This document shows, piece after piece, positions 13,551-26,352 of a stretch of 64,000 nt of DNA; the stretch's first letter is position 1, and each line of letters opens with the position of its first letter. This DNA comes from Eledone cirrhosa (taxonomy: Eukaryota): NCBI GenBank assembly GCA_964016885.1, contig OZ024740.1, positions 149,172,001-149,236,000 on the forward strand, written 5' to 3'. The position numbers were made by a program, and so were the translations under genes. A model generated the notes under the pieces. That model saw nothing but the letters and a program-made list of their open reading frames with translations, made no database searches and was not told where the DNA came from.

Positions 13551-16247
13551 TGTAGTGACCTACATTCCGCGGGCTCACATACATTCTCTGTGCGTGATTT
13601 GGCTCAGTTCAGCCAATCAGCGCCAGTAGAAGAGGATGTATCCCTACGCGCCCTGAGGAAGAAATTCACCGCGAAGATTTGAAGAATCTCTCTCTTGTAC
13701 CAGAAACTTCGAGCCAGCAACACGCATAATGTAGCAGTGAGATATTGCACCCCTAGCCTCGCCGGCTTAACGGCGCAATGGCACATTCCCTTTTGTAACC
13801 TCTTTTTATCTGTAACTTCAACCATATAAATAAACAAACATTTCATCTCTAATTACTGCGGTTGAAGTCGTTATTATGTTACTCGTGTCCCAATAACAAC
13901 TTTAATGCATGCTGCTGGAATTGGCGACCTGACGAAAGGAATATTGTAAATAGATGGTAAATAGATCGAGGGACCTTCCCTCACGTCTATGTCAACAAGA
14001 TAATCCAACGAGGATACTATCACTTACCACACTGGCAACTAACGACCACTGATTCTACCACCCTGCTAAAGTGGCGACTGCTCTATAACCAATATTGCTA
14101 AAGTGGTGACCCCGACGTAAGAATATCACGCAGCCCTTCTTATTCATTCAGTTTAACTTTTATTGCCACGTCGCAACTTGCGAAAATCCAGAACATTCCT
14201 TTTAAGATTTTTGAAAAATTAGCAGTATTTCAAAAACTTTTTCGCCACGAAAAAAATTTCAAGATGGCTACCGACATGTCATGGCTACGCTTGACAACAA
14301 CAATGACAGCAGCAGCGACAGCGTTGTTTAACCACTGACCAATACAGGGAACAGTGAGTGGCAGCTTCATAACCTTACCGACGCCAACCACCACACATCG
14401 GAAATTTCAAAACGGCTTGTAACTTTACCGACGCAACCACCATACCTTCTGTCTCGTTACCACAGGGACGCGAGAAATTGAGACAGTAGTTTTCTCACCA
14501 TTATGGCGTCAGACGTGACTGCCATATTTGGTGACTCCTACTCTACAGAAGATTCTTTGACATTACTTTAACAATAAGCAACACTACCGTGTTGCGGGAC
14601 GGTAAGATGGCCACGAAATCTCACAAAAACACCATACATCTAACCCCTAACGGCATTAACAAACTTCTTTTTCAGTTTTCAGATAGAACTAGTGTCTGTA
14701 CACTGGTGATGTGTGAACTATTTGACTTTGAAAAACTTTGAACTTATTGAGCAATTTCTCTGCTCCCCTAGATTGACTTTGAATTATCAGTTTGTTACAT
14801 TCACATATTTCTTTGTAGAATGCATTTACTTGTTTTGTGCTCTTTTGCTATTTGCTTGCTCATGGTTTTTGTTCATTCACATTCTTTGCTGTTTTACATG
14901 CCTGCATATGCACACATTTTTTTTATCACACACCAACATGTTGTTCTTGGTATATGTTCTTCAAACGTAATATTCTGCGAGTCCCTTTTCACCTGGTTGA
15001 GATGCTGTCACATGCTAGCAGCTCACGGAGCTTAATCCACTGGATTCAAACAGTCACCGCAACACGAGAATACTAATTGCAGCTGAACTCAAACAGCTTC
15101 GCATCTCGTTGCACACTGATCGTCCATGACGGCCATCCGTCTTGTTGTTTTTGCCCGACTCGCTGGGAAAGCTACAAATTGAACTGGACTTGTCAATATT
15201 TCAGCCACTTCTGTGGATTCGCCCGAATTATGGAATTTACACTGCAACCCACCTACAGATTAAACTTGCCTTTTGTTCTTTACAAAGCAACCAGCCATTT
15301 TTTCCTGGCTCCACAGCACATTCGACAATACATCTGGGGGCCATCATTTTCTCGCCAGCACTGGTAAACTACCATAATAGCTTCGTTCACAGCTACTGGT
15401 ACAACGCTTACCATTAACATTTAATGCAAGAACAGCAACTCCGCCCATGTCAGACTTTATCCGTTTTTTTGTTAGACCTTTGGCGGTCACGTATAAACAA
15501 CAAAACAACTGGTCATTTGACACAGCGGCTCAACACGGCCCGTAGCGCCTAATTTTTTGTTCTTGCATGCAACCTTCTGCTCAATTATTTTTTCACTGAT
15601 GTGCTCTTTCAGCATTTGTTCTTGCTGATTTAATAATATGTGGGTCCTTGGTTTCTTCGTTATCGATTTTCGGCTGAAAATCTGGTCGGAGATGATGTAA
15701 TGACCTACATTCCGCGGGCTCACATACATTCTCTGTGCGTGATTTGGCTCAGTTCAGCCAATCAGCGCCAGTAGAAGAGGATGTATCCCTACGCGCCCTG
15801 AGGAAGAAATTCACCGCGAAGATTTGAAGAATCTCTCTCTTGTACCAGAAACTTCGAGCCAGCAACACGCATAATGTAGCAGTGAGATATTGCACCCCTA
15901 GCCTCGCCGGCTTAACGGCGCAATGGCACATTCCCTTTTGTAACCTCTTTTTATCTGTAACTTCAACCATATAAATAAACAAACATTTCATCTCTAATTA
16001 CTGCGGTTGAAGTCGTTATTATGTTACTCGTGTCCCAATAACAACTTTAATCCATGCTGCTGGAATTGGCGACCTGACGAAAGGAATATTGTAAATAGAT
16101 GGTAAATAGATCGAGGGACCTTCCCTCAAGTCTATGTCAACAAGATAATCCAACGAGGATACTATCACTTACCACACTGGCAACTAACGACCACTGATTC
16201 TACCACCCTGCTAAAGTGGCGACTGTTCTATAACCAATACTGCTAAA
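13551..16247 (+). mobile_element. Non-autonomous LTR retrotransposon (Gypsy-like, 4-bp TSD CAAT)
   Basis: 552-bp LTRs at 13551-14102 and 15696-16247 (about 5 differences by eye), TGTAG...CTAAA termini, CAAT at 13547-13550 and 16248-16251, no gag/pol recognisable internally. Confidence 0.92.
14104..14118 (+). promoter_or_regulatory. Primer-binding site complementary to tRNA-Trp 3' end
   Basis: TGGTGACCCCGACGT lies one base after the 5' LTR. Confidence 0.88.
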
Positions 16248-17517
16248 CAATTGTAAGTGAATAAATGCTTTGAACATAGCATCGATTCTTGTGAATTCTA
16301 TATAACTGCTCAGTAGAACAACTGATGTTATTACATTGAGCTATTTATCTTACTGGTAATAAGGTAGTAATAAATTACTGACCTTCACTGTTTCGGGTTT
16401 AAAATATATATAATTATAAAAAGTTTTAGTATATACATAGCCATAAATAGTATTCTTAATTTTATATACATTCATATGTATACATATGAATGTATATAAA
16501 TTTACAGTATAATACACTCACACACAGAAATGTGTGTGTGTTTCTGTGTGTGAGTGTGCGTGAGTTTGTGTATCTGTGTATGTAGTATTGCGAACAGACT
16601 ACTGTGATGAACACTGCAAAATGCAATTAAGAAGGATAAGTCGATTTATTGCTTTAAATTATATTATATAGTTGTCTATTTTTCTATTGATTCATGTCTC
16701 ATGCAAGTTGTTTTTTATGGTGAATCAAAATTGCCAGTGTTAACAGTTTTCACGAAACGGCGAGATGCTTGCTTCTGATTTGTGTTGTGTGTATTAAACA
16801 TTACATCAACGCAGTAGCGTTTACAATACTATAGGTTCCTCTGTTTCTGTCCAATATCTCAGGCAGGTGTGCCGTAAATATCTATAGCTGAATTAAAATT
16901 GATTATTCAGCCGTGGTATACCACACAGAATTTATTCTCATAGTGGACCTTTGTTATTATCGTTTTATTGCTAATGTTACCTGTTATGTGTGATCTTATA
17001 TATACTATGGCTGGATATTTAAATCTTATATAGTTAAAAGATCATTCATTCAGTTGTTATACGTATTTGAATAAAGTTATAAAGTTCTTCTTTCCTTCCT
17101 TCCTGGTTGTTGATTTTTAATTCAGACTATCATTTTTATGTCTGTCTTTAGTCATTCATATGCGTGTTGTTTCTATCTCTACTCTATCAGCCTCATATTA
17201 TCTGTTCGTCTCGTACATTATATTGTTTTTAAGCATATGTCCCCAAGAGTCATGCAATTACACTGTTTATAGGATGAAATACAAACTGGCTCCTTGATCT
17301 TTATTAACCACATTACTGCCCACGTTATTTCATATACAACTCGCCTTGACGTTGTTTAGAATAAATGATTTGTGCTACTTATGAATAACTAGTTTGGAAA
17401 TATTGTTTTAATTCGCACAAATAAATTTAAACGGAATATACGTTTTCTATATTTAGTCCGTTACTGGGGTTATACTGAATTATATTATGAAACTGTAAAT
17501 TTCTACAAATATAGATA

Positions 17518-17706
17518 ATTGTTTCTACTTTTTGGCACAAGGCCAGCAATTATCGCAGTGTATTACTGGTACTTTATTTTATCGACCTCGTAAGGATGAA
17601 AGGCAAATTTAACCTCGGCGGGATTTGAACTCAGTCCGTAAAGGGACGTGACTGTGCTGCAAAGCATGGTGTCCGACCCTCTACCGATACTACCAATCCA
17701 CCGCCC
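17518..17706 (-). mobile_element. Octopus-type tRNA-derived SINE, near full length
   Basis: Minus strand GGCGGTGGATTGGTAGTATCGGTAG...GAGTTCAAATCC...GCCTTTCATCCT...GGTCGATAAAATAAAGTACCAG; flanked by AAATAT(A/G)GATAATT, a TSD-like repeat. Confidence 0.88.
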
Positions 17707-17721
17707 TTAAATATGGATAAT

Positions 17722-19567
17722 TTTCTTTTTATTTGCCACCAGGTCATCAAAAGGTGGGACAAGTACAATGGGGGGAGTTTACATAACAAGGCGTCCTCAA
17801 TAAGGAGGAGGCAATAACAAAATATAAAAATAAAATAAAATATAACAAAATAAAATTTATAACAAAATCCTCAATAGAGAGGAGGCGCCTTGGGGGGTCG
17901 CACACACCCCCGAAAAAAGTATGCAACCCTTCTCCTCAGGAGCACAGAGAGGGGGTGCTCCCCTGGTCTTTCATCTTCCTCACCTATAGTCTGATGTAGA
18001 GTGAAGGCCCATTCACACGAGCCATTCTCGCCACTTTCACCCATCTTTCATAAAAACGGCTGGGGTGCAGCACCTCTCTTTCCATCCTGATCCTTCTTCC
18101 GAAATGATATCGGAAGAAACGGACCAGTTGTTGACCAGAGAGAAAGGTGTCTGACCTCAGTCCTTTCAGACGCGTCCACCATACAACCTCTTTCGCCATG
18201 GCTATTACGCACAGAAACACCGCCTCTCCTTCGTTTTTGAAGAGGGGAGGCGGCTTGATCGTTACAATAGACTCGGTGGTCAACCGGATCGGTCCCACCC
18301 TTGACAGCAGTTGTTCGACATAGCCCCACAGATCGGCAATGTCCGAGCAGTGTACCAATGCGTGTGCAACGGTTTCCTCGTCGCACACGCATCTGGGACA
18401 GATCTTTTTCGAAGGGTCCCTACCCGGGCGCCCGTGTCTGTAGAGCCTTTCTCGAACGGGCAGAGCCCGTCTGTAGCACTGGCAGGCCAGGGACCTCTGG
18501 AAGTTATCCATGGGTCCCGGGCTGAATGTCCTACCAAACAGGTTGGCCAGTTCGTCTTCCTCCATGCCTAGGGCTTCTCCGAGGGCGTCGTCGCACCTGC
18601 TAACCACCAGCCCTCTATAGAATGACGAGGTGGATTCTCCACTGACAGCCGGGTCCGCCTGCCAGAGAGCCGTGAGCGCCTGGGCACACTGGGTGTGCCA
18701 GGCGCCCAGTTTTCTCGGTCTTTGCTTGACCCAGGATTGCAGCTTGGTGAGTGAAACGAGTCTGGGAAAGGCTCGCCTCACAAACGGGGCCCACACCGGT
18801 TGACCGGTGAGGAATACCTGGAGGTGCCGTAGCCTTAATGCGTGTTTACGTATTATTAGCCACGGCATCCCCAGCCCTCCTTTCGAAGGGTGTTGACAGC
18901 AGATGGATCTCCTCACCATAGGAGCCCGCTTCTTCCAAAGGAATTGGAAGAGTGCGCGCTCCATTTTGGCGAGCGTTTCCCTTGGGCAAGGCACAACGGT
19001 CAGGCGGTAGTAGATGACGGACGCTATATAAGTGTTCGCCACCTCCGCCCGAACTTTCAGGGACAGTTTGCACTCGGCCCACTTCTGGGTCAGTGCAAAC
19101 ACCCTGTTCGTTACCTCACCCCAGTTCTTCTCCACCTGGAGGTCTGGTCCGAACCAGACCCCGAGCAACTTCATCGGGCCCTCCGTCCAGCACCCGACGA
19201 CGCCATCAGAGGGCATCGATCTGCCCCTCCACGTGCCGAGTTGCAAACCGATCGACTTGTCCCGGTTCAGCTTAGCCCCTGTAAACCTTTCGTACTCCTC
19301 CAGTAAGGTGCCGACCGCCCCGATTTCCAAGACCGTCGACACCATTACTGTTACGTCGTCGGCGTAGGCCGACACCGCTTTCCGCAATCCCGGTTCCAAC
19401 GGGATGCCCTGCAACAACTCCAACTTCCGCAGCAGTGGCTCTAGAGTCATCACATACAGAAGGGAGGAGAGAGGGCACCCTTGTCGGATGGACCGCGCGA
19501 TTTCGAACGGCTCCGAGAGGTAGCCGTTCACCTTGACCCTAGAGCAGATGCGGCTGCTGTAATGCAA
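17722..19567 (-). mobile_element. Tx1/L1-clade LINE, 5'-truncated (RT C-half, zinc-binding domain, 3' UTR)
   Basis: 527-aa open frame at 17984-19567 with RQGCPLS, AYADDV, KLLGVWFG, GGLGMP and CPRC...HALVHC; 3' UTR ends GGTGGCAAATAAAAAGAAAA. Confidence 0.93.
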
Positions 19568-20561
19568 CCATATCAGCTTTAACCTACCATTTAGTAAAAT
19601 GTAAAACTTGATATAGCTGGGAATTTATTGGCTATAGTCAAAGAACATTACAGTAGCTATAAATTCCACAAATTGTTAACTAAACAAGCGTTATTAGCAG
19701 CTACAGATGTACGAAATATTTTGCTTGTACTACAATGGATAAATGTCAGAAATTCAGTTTGTATAACATATTAGTCGCTGCTATAATTTCACGAATAAGA
19801 AGACATGTGCTCTTGAAGAAAATGTTTATCAAATGTTATTCTCTATGATGTCAAGGTAACCTTTCAGGGGTTTGCGAAAAAACAAAAATATCCGACATCC
19901 AGTGAAGGTAGCTATTAATGTGGTAACATGAATCCACCACACAAATACACCATCGAAGACTGAGTAATGCAACAACATCATTCAGTTATATATGACAATC
20001 GAAAAATACTGCGTTGACAATTTCAGAATGAAATGGTCAGTCATTGAACATAGCACGCCATAGAAAAATGGAAAAATGTAATTCCAAATATGTACAGCAG
20101 AGAATTGATCAGGATATTAAGAAAATTACCACGAAAATGGAAATAACCACCATGTAAATAAATTCTACCTTCTAAACTACCGTAGCATAATAAGGGTGGA
20201 TTACACTATCGGAAATGTTCAGTACACTGGTGATTGATTAACTTAATATTATGAGTATTGTAATTTTATCTTGCTGAATGTAACCGTTCTTTCCGATCAG
20301 TAAATTGAGAAGAAAGTTAGTCAACGTCAATTATAATGTAACACACACAAACACACACACACATACATGTATATATATTCATTAATAGCTACCTTCACTG
20401 GATGTCTGGTATTTTTGTTTTTACGCAAACCCTTGAGAGGTTACCTTGACATCATAGAGAATAACATTTGATACATTTTTCTTCAAGAGCACATGTCTTC
20501 TTATTCGTGAAATTATAGCAGCCACTAATGTTATACAAACTGAATTTCCGACATTTATCCA
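19565..20561 (+). mobile_element. Highly decayed PLE thumb/endonuclease fragment with inverted duplication (19737-19920 vs 20380-20561)
   Basis: FNLPFSK, KFHKL and KWSVIEHSTP*KNGK..ICTAE remnants; ~180-bp inverted repeat. Confidence 0.6.
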
Positions 20562-20857
20562 TACATTTATCCATACAACCTAAATATTTGTATATATATA
20601 TATATACACACACACATATATACAATAATAGATATATGCACACACATACATATATATATATATATTAACCTGTTAGTTTTTTCGTTGCTCTGATATTGTG
20701 TGTTAGGTTTTGCCTACCACAATGTTCAATCTGTCAAGCTATTTAAATGTATGTTGTTACTCTAAGGACCTACCCTTATTGAGTGCTTTGCTAACTCATT
20801 CATATTGTAGGTCGACTTTGCTTGCCCACAGCCAAAGCTTCGATTTTACTAAGCTTC

Positions 20858-20896
<39 letters not shown>

Positions 20897-20902
<6 letters not shown>

Positions 20903-21326
20903 ATACTTGGGGAGGGTCATATTGTTATAATATTGCCAGAAATAACAACAGAATACACTCTTTGGTTTGGGTTGGTTTACGCTTCTGTATCTTTTATATC
21001 GCCATAATTAATTTATTTGGCAATCAATGTTTACCATTGATTGACCAGCGGTTAAAAATACAGTAATAAATATAGATATATAGTCTATCAAAGTTCTTTC
21101 GTCGCACATCTGCAACATCATCAGTGGTACTATTATGTTTCCTCCCATTCTATTGTAATGTTTACGCCATTTTTATATTATTTATTTATTTATTTCTTCT
21201 TGCCTCTGTCTCTGCGCATGCGTTTGCGTGTGTTTGTGTGTTCGCGTTTGAGTGTATGTGTTTTTGTTTTTGTATTCTATCTTTGTTCACTAGTGTGTAT
21301 TTATATGTGTTTGTTGTTATTGTACT

Positions 21327-21364
<38 letters not shown>

Positions 21365-21735
21365 GAAAATAGAAAGATTTGAATGGATACAGTTTAGTTG
21401 AAAGGAATTTATTGCCACGTGTTTCTATAACAGTTACATAACCTAACAACATAAGTCAGTATTGTTTGTTTGGATATGGTTGTTGTTGTTATTCCATTCG
21501 TTCGTTCTGCTAAACTTCGGTCTTCTTAGTTCTATCTCAGTTGCTTCTCTGATTTGCCTACCTGTTGAGTCATTTCTATACATGAATATTATTTTAATTT
21601 CTATGTTGTCTATATTACCGTTAAGTCTTTGTCTGACGTGTTCATAAAGTACTGAACCGTTTTTTAGACAAAAAAAGCATAGAAATGACTCAACATGTAG
21701 GCAAATCAGAGAAGCAACTGAAATAGAACTAAGAA
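20897..21735 (-). mobile_element. PLE 3' end/pLTR related to the 8050-12822 family, with short fold-back
   Basis: Minus strand SVLYEH...NIEIKI...RQIREATEIELRRPKFSRTNEWN; shared terminus GACCCTCCCCAAGTATAACAA; ~21678-21739 inverts ~21518-21579. Confidence 0.8.
21086..21129 (-). ncRNA. Minimal type I hammerhead (family C, diverged copy)
   Basis: UACCA-CUGAUGA-U-GUUGCA(GAUG)UGCGAC-GAA-AGAACU-U-UGAUA; helix II covaries with the 8256 copy. Confidence 0.78.
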
Positions 21736-21739
21736 ACCG

Positions 21740-22440
<701 letters not shown>

Positions 22441-22909
22441 GCACAACGATATATATTCATATATATATATATATAAGTTGAATCGTGTCCGTCAGTACAC
22501 ATGGAAGTGAAATGGTGAAAATTCTACAGCGAAAAAATAAATCAAACAACATTTCAACATTTGCACAAAGTTCTGTGTGAATATATGTGTACGTGTGTGA
22601 ATGTATGTGTGTGTAAAAGGGAGGAAATGGGACTGGGAAAACTACGCTAAAAACAGCCAACAGACTTCCAGCCTTTTCCACGCCCTGCGTGAATGTATGA
22701 TATGTGTGTTTGTGTGCATGTATGTGTGTGTTTGTGTGAATGCATTTGTGCGAGTGTGTCTGTTTGTGTGTATGTGTGTGTATTTGTGTGCGTTTATCGG
22801 TGGTTGTGGGGTTATATTTATACACACAAATATATATAATAACAACGATATTAATTCAAATGTAAATACTGGTGTATATAACGATTAGAATGTAAATAAT
22901 ATGCTTGTA

Positions 22910-23372
22910 TAAACTAGACCTGAAAAATGCGCAAGCTCAAAAGAGCCACAGAATGTTAAAATAAACCTTCAAAAGTGTGGGACTAGAGTTGTTGCTCAAA
23001 AATATTGTAATCATTATCTATCGTACACTCTGTGGCATCCTTTTATAAAAAAGAGACTCAGAACGAACTCAAGACGACACGATAATTATTTAAGCTAATG
23101 TTCAATATCACATATTAGATGTTTAGTAATGATTAATACGAAATTATTATATTATATTATAAATTATTATATTATATTATAAATTCACTTAAATAATTAT
23201 CGTGTCGTCTTGAGTTCGTTATGAGTTTTTTTTTAATAAAAGGATGCCACAGAGTGTACGATAGATAATGATTACAATATTTTTGAGCAACAACTCTAGT
23301 CCCACACTTTTGAAGGTTTATTTTAACATTCTGTGGCTCTTTTGAGCTTGAGCATTTTTCAGGTCTAGTTTA
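22910..23372. mobile_element. Fold-back element/MITE with ~185-bp inverted arms
   Basis: TAAACTAGACCTG...TTAAG (22910-23094) is the reverse complement of 23188-23372. Confidence 0.8.
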
Positions 23373-24130
23373 ATATTTTTTTAAGGCAACGCTTGTAATA
23401 ACTCTAGTTAAACATGATATATATTAATAATAAATTATCGTTGTAATGTAATTAGATTATATAATTATTATTTTATAAATGATCTTATAAATATTATTGT
23501 AAGATGTATAAAAATATTTTCAGACTTTTAATATAAACAACTACAAAAAACAATCAATATTAAATAAATGTATTTTACATAATAATTGTTATAGTTGAAT
23601 TAATAAAACTTAAATATTACATACAAATAGTCTAACATAATAATAATAAAATAATCTAACATAAAACGAACAATAATAGTAAATATGATACAACCAATAT
23701 TATAAGCATGTTATACCGAACTGAAAAAAAAATTAATATAAATTTAAAAAATCATATAGAAATGAACTATATAACTTACCAAAACGAGAAAAATATTTTG
23801 ATGATAAACGACGAAATACAGGAGGAAGATTCGAAAGCGAAACGATAAATAAACGTGCAAACTTAGTGTGTTTTTTTTTATATATTTCTAGCAATATTAT
23901 AACAACATGACCCTCCCCAAATATAACAATATCTGTTTCAACACACCCGGAGCTAGGGTGGCACACTATGGAACTGGTGGTTAGGATGTTGTAGTATGGC
24001 AATGGGGAGCTTCAGTAGGGAAATATGGAGCTGGGGGACCCTCTATAGCAATGGGGAGATAGTGTGGAAAAATGCCACTTTGATGCCATAGTAGGTGCCG
24101 CACATCAGCATTGCGGAGATTGGGTGGCTC

Positions 24131-25311
24131 ACTAAAATAATAAGGGTCGGTGCCAGATTAAAAACACTATGGATTAGTGCCGGATTAAAAATGATATGTG
24201 TCTGGCGGATTAAAGTTAAATTTGAGAGCCCGATTAAAAATACAAGTAATCGGTGCCGGTCTGTATAAGTCCCGGATTAAAATAATGATGGTCAGTGACG
24301 GATTAAAAATAATACTAGTCAGTGCCGGATTAAAATGATAGGGATAAGTACCGAATTAAAAATAGTAAATTTAAGTGCCGGATTAAAATCACTAATGATC
24401 TGTGTCGGATTGAAAATAATAAGTGTCAGTACCGGATAAAAATATTAAGGATAAATGCCGGATTAAACATAAAAATGTCAAGTACCGGATTAAAAGCGCT
24501 AATGATCAGTGCCGGATTAAAATTAATAAGTGTCAGTACCGGATAAAAAAGAATAGTGATAAATGTCGGATTAAAATAGTAAATTTAAGTGCCGGATGAA
24601 AAGCACCAATGACCTGTGCCGAATAAAATATAAGTGTCAGTGCCGGATTAAAATAATAATTATAAGCACCGGATTAAAAATAATAAGGGTCAGTGACGAA
24701 TGAAAATTAATAAGTATAAGTGCCGGATAAAATTAAAAGTTCAACTGTCGGATTAAAACACAAATGATCAGTGCCGGATTAAAAATAAGGGTCAGTGCCA
24801 GATTAAAAGCACTAATGGTCAGTGTCCGATTGAAAATATTAATGGTCAGTGCCGGATTAAAATTAAGTATCTGTACCAGATTAAAAATGAGGGTCAGTGC
24901 CGGATTAAAAATAATGATTTTCAGTGATGGATTAAAAATAAATTTGAGACTCGAAATTAAAAACAGTAAATTTAAATTCCGGATTAAAAACACTAATGGT
25001 CAGTGCCGAATTAAAATTAATAAGGATAAGTGCCGGATTAAAAATAATAAGGGTCAGTGTCGGATGAAAATGAATATGGATGAGTGGAGGATCAAAAATA
25101 ATAAGTGTCAGTGCTGGATTAAAAATAAGGGGTCAGTGCCGGATTAAAAACACTATGGATTAGTACTGGATTAAAAATAGTAAATTTAAGTACCGGATTA
25201 AAAACACTAATGATCAGTGCCGGATTAAAAATAATAAGGGTCAGTTCCGGATTAAAATTAATAAGGATAAGTGCCGGATTAAAAATAATAAGGGTCAATG
25301 ACGGATTAAAA
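24131..25311. repeat. ~30-bp diverged minisatellite (consensus ~GGTCAGTGCCGGATTAAAAATAATAAG)
   Basis: Roughly 40 recurrences of GTGCCGGATTAAAA at ~28-31-bp spacing. Confidence 0.93.
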
Positions 25312-25403
25312 TATGGCACAGCGGAGCTTGGCTGGTACATAATAACAGATTGTTATAAATTATACTTAAAAATATGTATAAGGTTATGCTTCAATATATA
25401 TTA

Positions 25404-25588
25404 CAGACCTGTCAAATTTCCCCGGGCGATCTCCCACCCACTTTGAGTGGGTGAAAAATGTCTTCTCTTGTGAAAATGGGCTTAGCTTTCATTATGTAAA
25501 TCTCCCCATTTTGCCTCAATTCTCCCCGATTTGGGACACGTTTTTTCAGCGTACTCCACGTTTGGGTTTTTAGAGGTTGGCAGGTCTG
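25404..25588. mobile_element. Short MITE (hAT-like termini)
   Basis: TIRs CAGACCTGTCAA / TTGGCAGGTCTG, with ATATTA on both flanks. Confidence 0.7.
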
Positions 25589-26352
25589 ATATTAGATATA
25601 TACTAATTATTTCATGAATCACAAAATATATTACAATTGTTCCCTTATGTTTTTCTGTTCATATAGTTTGAAAAATGTCTCTATCAACAATAGCATAAGC
25701 AATCAATTAGACAATGTTTGTGTACACACAGACTTATATTATCAATAGTCTTACCTACACCTATTGTGCACTGATATTTGGCAGCTCCTGAAATAATGTG
25801 GTAAGGTGGAAGAGTTTAAAGAACATTGGGTGGGGGGATCGAATCTAATTACTGATACTTTGGATATAATGTTTTTGTATTTGTCATATCAGAAAATTTT
25901 TGAAATAGTGTTTCACTGCTGCTTTAAAGTATCATTCATAGAGAATCCGTCACTTCGAATTCGACCGCTAGCATTTTATGATATTTTTTGTACTGATTTT
26001 GAAATGTTTCTATACTGTCTAATTGATGGTTAATGCTGGTGTGGATAGAGAAATTTTTCAGTCTATATGAGAAGCAAAAAATACAGTAACAATACTAACC
26101 TTGCGTTAATAACGATATAAAAATGGCCTCTACATAACGGTGGTGGTGGGTAAGCGGAGGTTTCGGGTACCAAAGTTATAACTAGGTGGGCTTCAGGCGT
26201 GTCTAATTCCTAATACCGTTCACCAAAGTGATTATCTTCCTATTGTCTTAGGAGTAATTATAGTAGTATCTAGTAATGATAGTAGTATCTGTATCGTATA
26301 AGAAAGACAGACGCATACATGAATGTAAGCCCGTGAAACATATACACATACA

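Noticed and set aside
13604-13846. Identical 80-aa ORF present twice (also 15749-15991)
   Set aside because: It lies antisense within the two LTRs; the duplication reflects LTR identity, not a gene.
18846-19478. Overlapping alternative-frame and antisense ORFs within the LINE RTs (also 26404-29357)
   Set aside because: Shadow ORFs expected in GC-rich coding sequence.
24131-25311. CRISPR-like repeats or NPAL/SAGLK repeat protein
   Set aside because: Contiguous diverged 30-mers with no spacers; the ORFs are short, occur on both strands and are broken.
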